A stretch of 64,000 nt of DNA from Actinomycetes bacterium (GTDB lineage Bacteria; Actinomycetota; Actinomycetes; Propionibacteriales; Propionibacteriaceae): contig JAFADF010000065.1 of assembly GCA_023425145.1 (NCBI GenBank), positions 11,528 to 75,527 of the forward strand, written 5' to 3'. Each line of letters opens with the position of its first letter. The first letter of the stretch is position 1. Positions 60,401 to 64,000 of this stretch are shown piece by piece. A model generated the notes under the pieces. The model was given only the letters and a program-made list of their open reading frames with translations, did not search any database and had not been told where the DNA came from. Made by a program: the position numbers and the translations under genes.

Positions 60401-61042
60401 TCAGGCGCCCGGACGGAACCGCCGCTTCTTCGGCGGCACCAGGTCTCCAGCCGGTTCGGCGTAGCGGACGCCGGTGAGTCGGTCACCCTCGAAAGTGAAG
60501 GTGGTCACACTGGCCAGCCGGGCCTGCCGCTTACGCGGATCGTGCACCAACGGCCACCCTTCGGCCCAGCTGCGGGCCATCCAGATCGGCAGTTCGTGGG
60601 AGACGATCAGCGCCTCCCCGTCCACAGCATGACTGGCCGCGTCGAGCAGCGCCGTCCGCATCCGGGCCAGGATCTGCTGGTAGGGCTCCCCCCAGCTGGG
60701 CCGCAGCGGATTGCGCAGTTGCCACAGGCTGGACGGACGCAGCAGCCGCTGGTTGTAGCGGCCGAACGAGCTGCCTTCGAAGATGTTGGCCGCCTCGATC
60801 ACCCGCTCGTCGAGGGTCACCGACAGTTCGGGATGCCCGGCCGCGATCGGGGCCATTGTCTCTTGAGCGCGCTGGAGCGGTGAGCTGACCAGGTGCACCA
60901 GCGAGGCGTCCGCAAAGTACTCGCCCAGGCGCTGCGCCATCTGCTGGCCGAGTGCGGACAGGCCATAGCCGGGCAGGCGTCCGTAGAGGATGCCTTCGGG
61001 GTTGTGTACCTGGCCGTGCCGGACCAGATGGACGACGTTCAT
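60401..61042 (-). CDS. Histidine phosphatase (phosphoglycerate mutase family)
   Basis: LVRHG, SSPLQRAQET, VSHE; RBS AAGGAG. Confidence 0.88.
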   Translation of the reverse strand: MNVVHLVRHGQVHNPEGILYGRLPGYGLSALGQQMAQRLGEYFADASLVHLVSSPLQRAQETMAPIAAGHPELSVTLDERVIEAANIFEGSSFGRYNQRLLRPSSLWQLRNPLRPSWGEPYQQILARMRTALLDAASHAVDGEALIVSHELPIWMARSWAEGWPLVHDPRKRQARLASVTTFTFEGDRLTGVRYAEPAGDLVPPKKRRFRPGA

Positions 61043-61258
61043 CGCGTCTCCTTGCTCGCTCGTGCCCCCACAATACGCAGCGCACCGGGCTGGGACGCAG
61101 CTGGCCCGGGCCACCACACAGGTGAGCATTCGATCGACGCGGACGGCTCGCGCGACGACACCACGCCGTGGCCGGCGAAACCGGCGATCGTCACCACGAC
61201 TGCCCCGCCACGGGCCGCCGCTGAGTGAGCGGCCCGGCCACCATGCGCGGGCAGCACA

Positions 61259-61299
61259 CATGACGGTTGCTGCCTCGAAGGGAGGCGACAACCGTCATG
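61259..61299 (-). terminator. Hairpin downstream of the bS22 gene
   Basis: catgacggttg..gcctc-gaag-ggaggc..caaccgtcatg. Confidence 0.6.
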
Positions 61300-61351
61300 G
61301 ATGACAGCATTCCCGGGCTCGGCTGATCAGTGCCGCTCGGGCGAACGGCAA

Positions 61352-61453
61352 CTACTTGCCGGCGCGGCGGCGCTGAATGCGCGTCTTCTTGAGCAGCTTG
61401 CGGTGCTTCTTCTTCGCCATCCGCTTGCGACGCTTCTTGATGACCGAACCCAC
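61352..61453 (-). CDS. 30S ribosomal protein bS22 (AURKAIP1/COX24 domain)
   Basis: (V)[32 protein letters not shown]. Confidence 0.92.
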   Translation of the reverse strand: MGSVIKKRRKRMAKKKHRKLLKKTRIQRRRAGK

Positions 61454-61589
61454 TGGCAGACCTCTCAGCAAACCGGCTGGAAATACCGGAAAGTTATCGA
61501 TGCGGGTTGACGGGCAACCCACGGGCAGACGACTGGACACTCCAGCCAGAGCACAGCGATCTTACCGGGGTTGTGCCTGGACAGCGAAA

Positions 61590-61793
61590 TCAGCTGGCGT
61601 TGTAGTAGGCGCCCCGCAGGTAGGCGTCCATCGCCGGCTGGGGTACCCGGAAGTTGCGGCCGAACCGGACCGCCTCCAGATCGCCGGAGTGAATGAGTCG
61701 GTAGACCGACATTCGCGACACCCGCAACGCGGTTGCGACCTCGGACACCTTGAGAAACTTCACGGTCCCAAGCGGGGTGACCTGGTCGTTCAT
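61590..61793 (-). CDS. Excisionase-like HTH_17 DNA-binding protein (Rv0500A-like)
   Basis: FLKVSEVA..LRVSRMSVYRLIHSG.L.AVR.GR.FRVP; RBS GGAGG. Confidence 0.88.
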   Translation of the reverse strand: MNDQVTPLGTVKFLKVSEVATALRVSRMSVYRLIHSGDLEAVRFGRNFRVPQPAMDAYLRGAYYNAS

Positions 61794-61930
61794 CGCGATG
61801 CTTCCTCCCGCGGCCCCCGGTCGGAGCCGATCGACCAACCATAGTGCTTGGCCGGTCCGGCGTGGAGGGGTTCGGATGAAGATCTGACCACGATCGGCGA
61901 ACGATGATCGACGAGGCCGCAGAGGTCGGC

Positions 61931-62797
61931 TCAGCCGCCGGTCACCAGGCTGGCCAACGCGGCCCGCCAGGTGAATGGACCGATGGTCGACACCCGCCTG
62001 GTGGCCGCCGAAACCGCGAACTCCAGCCCCGCCCGACGCGGCATTCCGGTCGCCAGCGCGTGGGCGTAGGCGCCGTGCAAGACGTCGCCGGCCCCGAGGG
62101 TGTCCTGAGCCTCGACCGGTTCTGGGACGACCTGGCCGGCCGCGGTGGTCGTCCACCAGTGCAGCGGCTGGGACCCATGACTGACCGCGACCAGTTGCGG
62201 TCCGAACTCGAGCAGCGCGGACGCGTCCAGGCCGGTCGGATGGACATAGTCCGCCGAACACAACACGTCGCTGGCCAGGGGAAACAGCTCGTCGAAGACC
62301 GGCTTGTGGGAGCCGGCGTCGACCACGATCTGCAGGCCGTGCGCGGCCGCAGCCCGCGCCGCGGCGCGGGTGAGTGGCGGGTGGTGGCCGTCGACCAGCA
62401 GCACCTGAGCCTCACCCAGCACGGGGGTCGGTACAGCCGCGAAGTCGGGCCGATGGGCCGATCCGGAGACCACGATCCGCTCCCCCGTCGCCGCATCCAC
62501 CAGCACCGAGGACGCCGTGAGTTCGAACCCCGCTGGCGCGGCGTCGATCACCTCCACTCCGGCCCCGGCCAGGTCGGCGCGGACCACGTCCGCCGCTGAA
62601 CCCACGCCAAGGGCCGTCCAGAGCACGGCGCGTCCGCCGAGAGCGGCGAAGGCGATGGCGGCATTGGTGGCCGGGCCGCCGGCAGCCAGCCAGGTATCAG
62701 TGGCCACGACCTTCTGATTCGGCTTTGGAAAGCCGTCCACCCGCTGGACGACGTCGAGGGTGGCCAGCCCGACGAACCAGCCGACCGGTGCGCTCAC
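61931..62797 (-). CDS. PfkB-family carbohydrate kinase
   Basis: GGPATNAA, DTLGAGDVLHGA. Confidence 0.85.
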   Translation of the reverse strand: MSAPVGWFVGLATLDVVQRVDGFPKPNQKVVATDTWLAAGGPATNAAIAFAALGGRAVLWTALGVGSAADVVRADLAGAGVEVIDAAPAGFELTASSVLVDAATGERIVVSGSAHRPDFAAVPTPVLGEAQVLLVDGHHPPLTRAAARAAAAHGLQIVVDAGSHKPVFDELFPLASDVLCSADYVHPTGLDASALLEFGPQLVAVSHGSQPLHWWTTTAAGQVVPEPVEAQDTLGAGDVLHGAYAHALATGMPRRAGLEFAVSAATRRVSTIGPFTWRAALASLVTGG

Positions 62798-63540
62798 GGG
62801 GTCCGGCCGTCGCCCAGATCCAGGACGCACAGGCTCAGTCCGCCCGGAGCCTCCATCACGGTCCAGCCACTACGGGTAGCCCGGGCCCTGGCGCCGAGCA
62901 CGGTCAGCCGCTCGACTTCGGCGGTGCGATCGTCGGTGCTCACGTGCAGATGCCCGGAGGCTTCGGTGGCGATGACGGCCGGCTGCAGCAGCAGGCCGAG
63001 CGCCCAGTCGCCGGCTGCGCGGCGAACCAGCGGATCGTCCCCGCCGCGGGCCACCCAGTCCCCGCCCAACAGCGACTTCCAGAACGTCACCTCGGCCGGG
63101 TAGCGGGCCGCGGGGACGTCCAGGCAGACCTCGGTGACCCTGCTGGAGTGACCGGCTGGCCACTGGGCAGCCGGTGGCACCTCGTCGAGGGTGGCGGTGA
63201 CCAGGCAGAACACCTGATCGGCTGGCGATCGCATGATCAGGTAGCCGTGTCCGGGGTCGGCGATCAGTTCGGCACCGGCCGCCTCGGCGGCCTCGGCGAG
63301 GGTCCACGGGTCGTCCACGTGCAGATCCAGATGCACCCGGGTCGGGCCGTCGCTCAGCCGCTGCACGCGCAGGTATTCGTCTCCGGTCGGTGGCAGCAGG
63401 CTGGCGAACTCGTCGAACTCGCCACGGCGCGACGACAGCCGATGCCCGGTAGCAGCCCGCCAGAACTCGACCCCGGCCTCGAACTCGGGCGCGGGAAAGT
63501 CGGCGAAGGCGGTCAGCCAGAACGGCGTCGCCTGGGTCAT
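62794..63540 (-). CDS. VOC/glyoxalase-like protein (two domains)
   Basis: FW...G, RVHLDL, HLHV, W.VM..PGG...CV. Confidence 0.82.
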   Translation of the reverse strand: MTQATPFWLTAFADFPAPEFEAGVEFWRAATGHRLSSRRGEFDEFASLLPPTGDEYLRVQRLSDGPTRVHLDLHVDDPWTLAEAAEAAGAELIADPGHGYLIMRSPADQVFCLVTATLDEVPPAAQWPAGHSSRVTEVCLDVPAARYPAEVTFWKSLLGGDWVARGGDDPLVRRAAGDWALGLLLQPAVIATEASGHLHVSTDDRTAEVERLTVLGARARATRSGWTVMEAPGGLSLCVLDLGDGRTP

Positions 63541-63565
63541 GGCAGCTCCTCGGCGGCCGGGACGG

Positions 63566-64000
63566 TTACGAGCCGGCGAGATCCCGGCTGCGGTCGCGAG
63601 CAGCCTCCATCGCGGTGATGAATGCAGCCTTTACCCGGTTCGCCTCCAGTTCACGCAAGGCGGCGGCAGTGGTGCCACCGGGCGAGGTGACCCGCTCGCG
63701 CAGCACGGTGGGGTGCTCGCCGGAGTCGGCCAGCAGCTTGGCCGAGCCGTACATGGTCTGCACCACCAACGTGGTTGCGGTGTCTCGCGGCAGGCCGAGC
63801 ATCACTCCAGCATCGATCATGGCTTCGACAACGAAGAACAGGTAGGCCGGCCCGGAACCGGAGATCGCGGTGACCGCGTCCTGATACTTCTCCGGGACGG
63901 TCACCACCTTGCCGACAGCGCTGAGCAGGCCGGTGACGAACTCCAGGTTGGCCGTGGTGGCCGACGAACCGGCCGAGATGGCGGCCATCCCTTCGTCCAC
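63566..64000 (-). CDS. proC: Pyrroline-5-carboxylate reductase (5' part outside the window)
   Basis: TAISGSGPAY, LRERVTSPGGTT. Confidence 0.93.
   Translation of the reverse strand: MDEGMAAISAGSSATTANLEFVTGLLSAVGKVVTVPEKYQDAVTAISGSGPAYLFFVVEAMIDAGVMLGLPRDTATTLVVQTMYGSAKLLADSGEHPTVLRERVTSPGGTTAAALRELEANRVKAAFITAMEAARDRSRDLAGS

Noticed and set aside
61590..61793. Excisionase suggesting a prophage or ICE
   Set aside because: The proC-HTH-bS22 arrangement is conserved actinobacterial core; no integrase or att site seen

Overview
High-GC actinobacterial chromosome segment, probably Propionibacteriaceae-like, as judged from a 5S-12S-small ORF-1.3S transcarboxylase operon. Most of the window is conserved core: typA, an RDD/SpoIIM/MoxR/DUF58 cluster, ygfZ-FABP, dtd-glnR-mshD-ppk1-mutT1, a canonical pstSCAB operon, bS22 and proC. 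The stand-out is a second, very atypical ~14.5-kb pst operon (9432-23887, minus strand). In it pstC-pstA and pstB are separated by a non-lipoprotein, C-terminally anchored PstS, two more PstS-fold surface proteins, an Ig+WxL-like protein, two DUF916/WxLIP-like membrane proteins and a sortase-fold protein lacking its catalytic His and Cys. A lytic transglycosylase overlaps the end of pstB. PHO-box-like 11-bp repeats lie both upstream of and inside this operon. It looks like a phosphate-regulated cell-surface assembly coupled to an ABC importer (function inferred). Other notable items: two AbiEi/DUF559-like genes associated with a ~70-bp palindromic repeat family and a shared upstream motif, two REP-like arrays, an SOS-box-preceded DUF222-HNH gene, and a DHA2 MFS pump carrying a ~400-aa heptad-repeat extracellular insert. 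No rRNA, tRNA or CRISPR was seen. All family assignments are from motif recognition by eye, not database searches.
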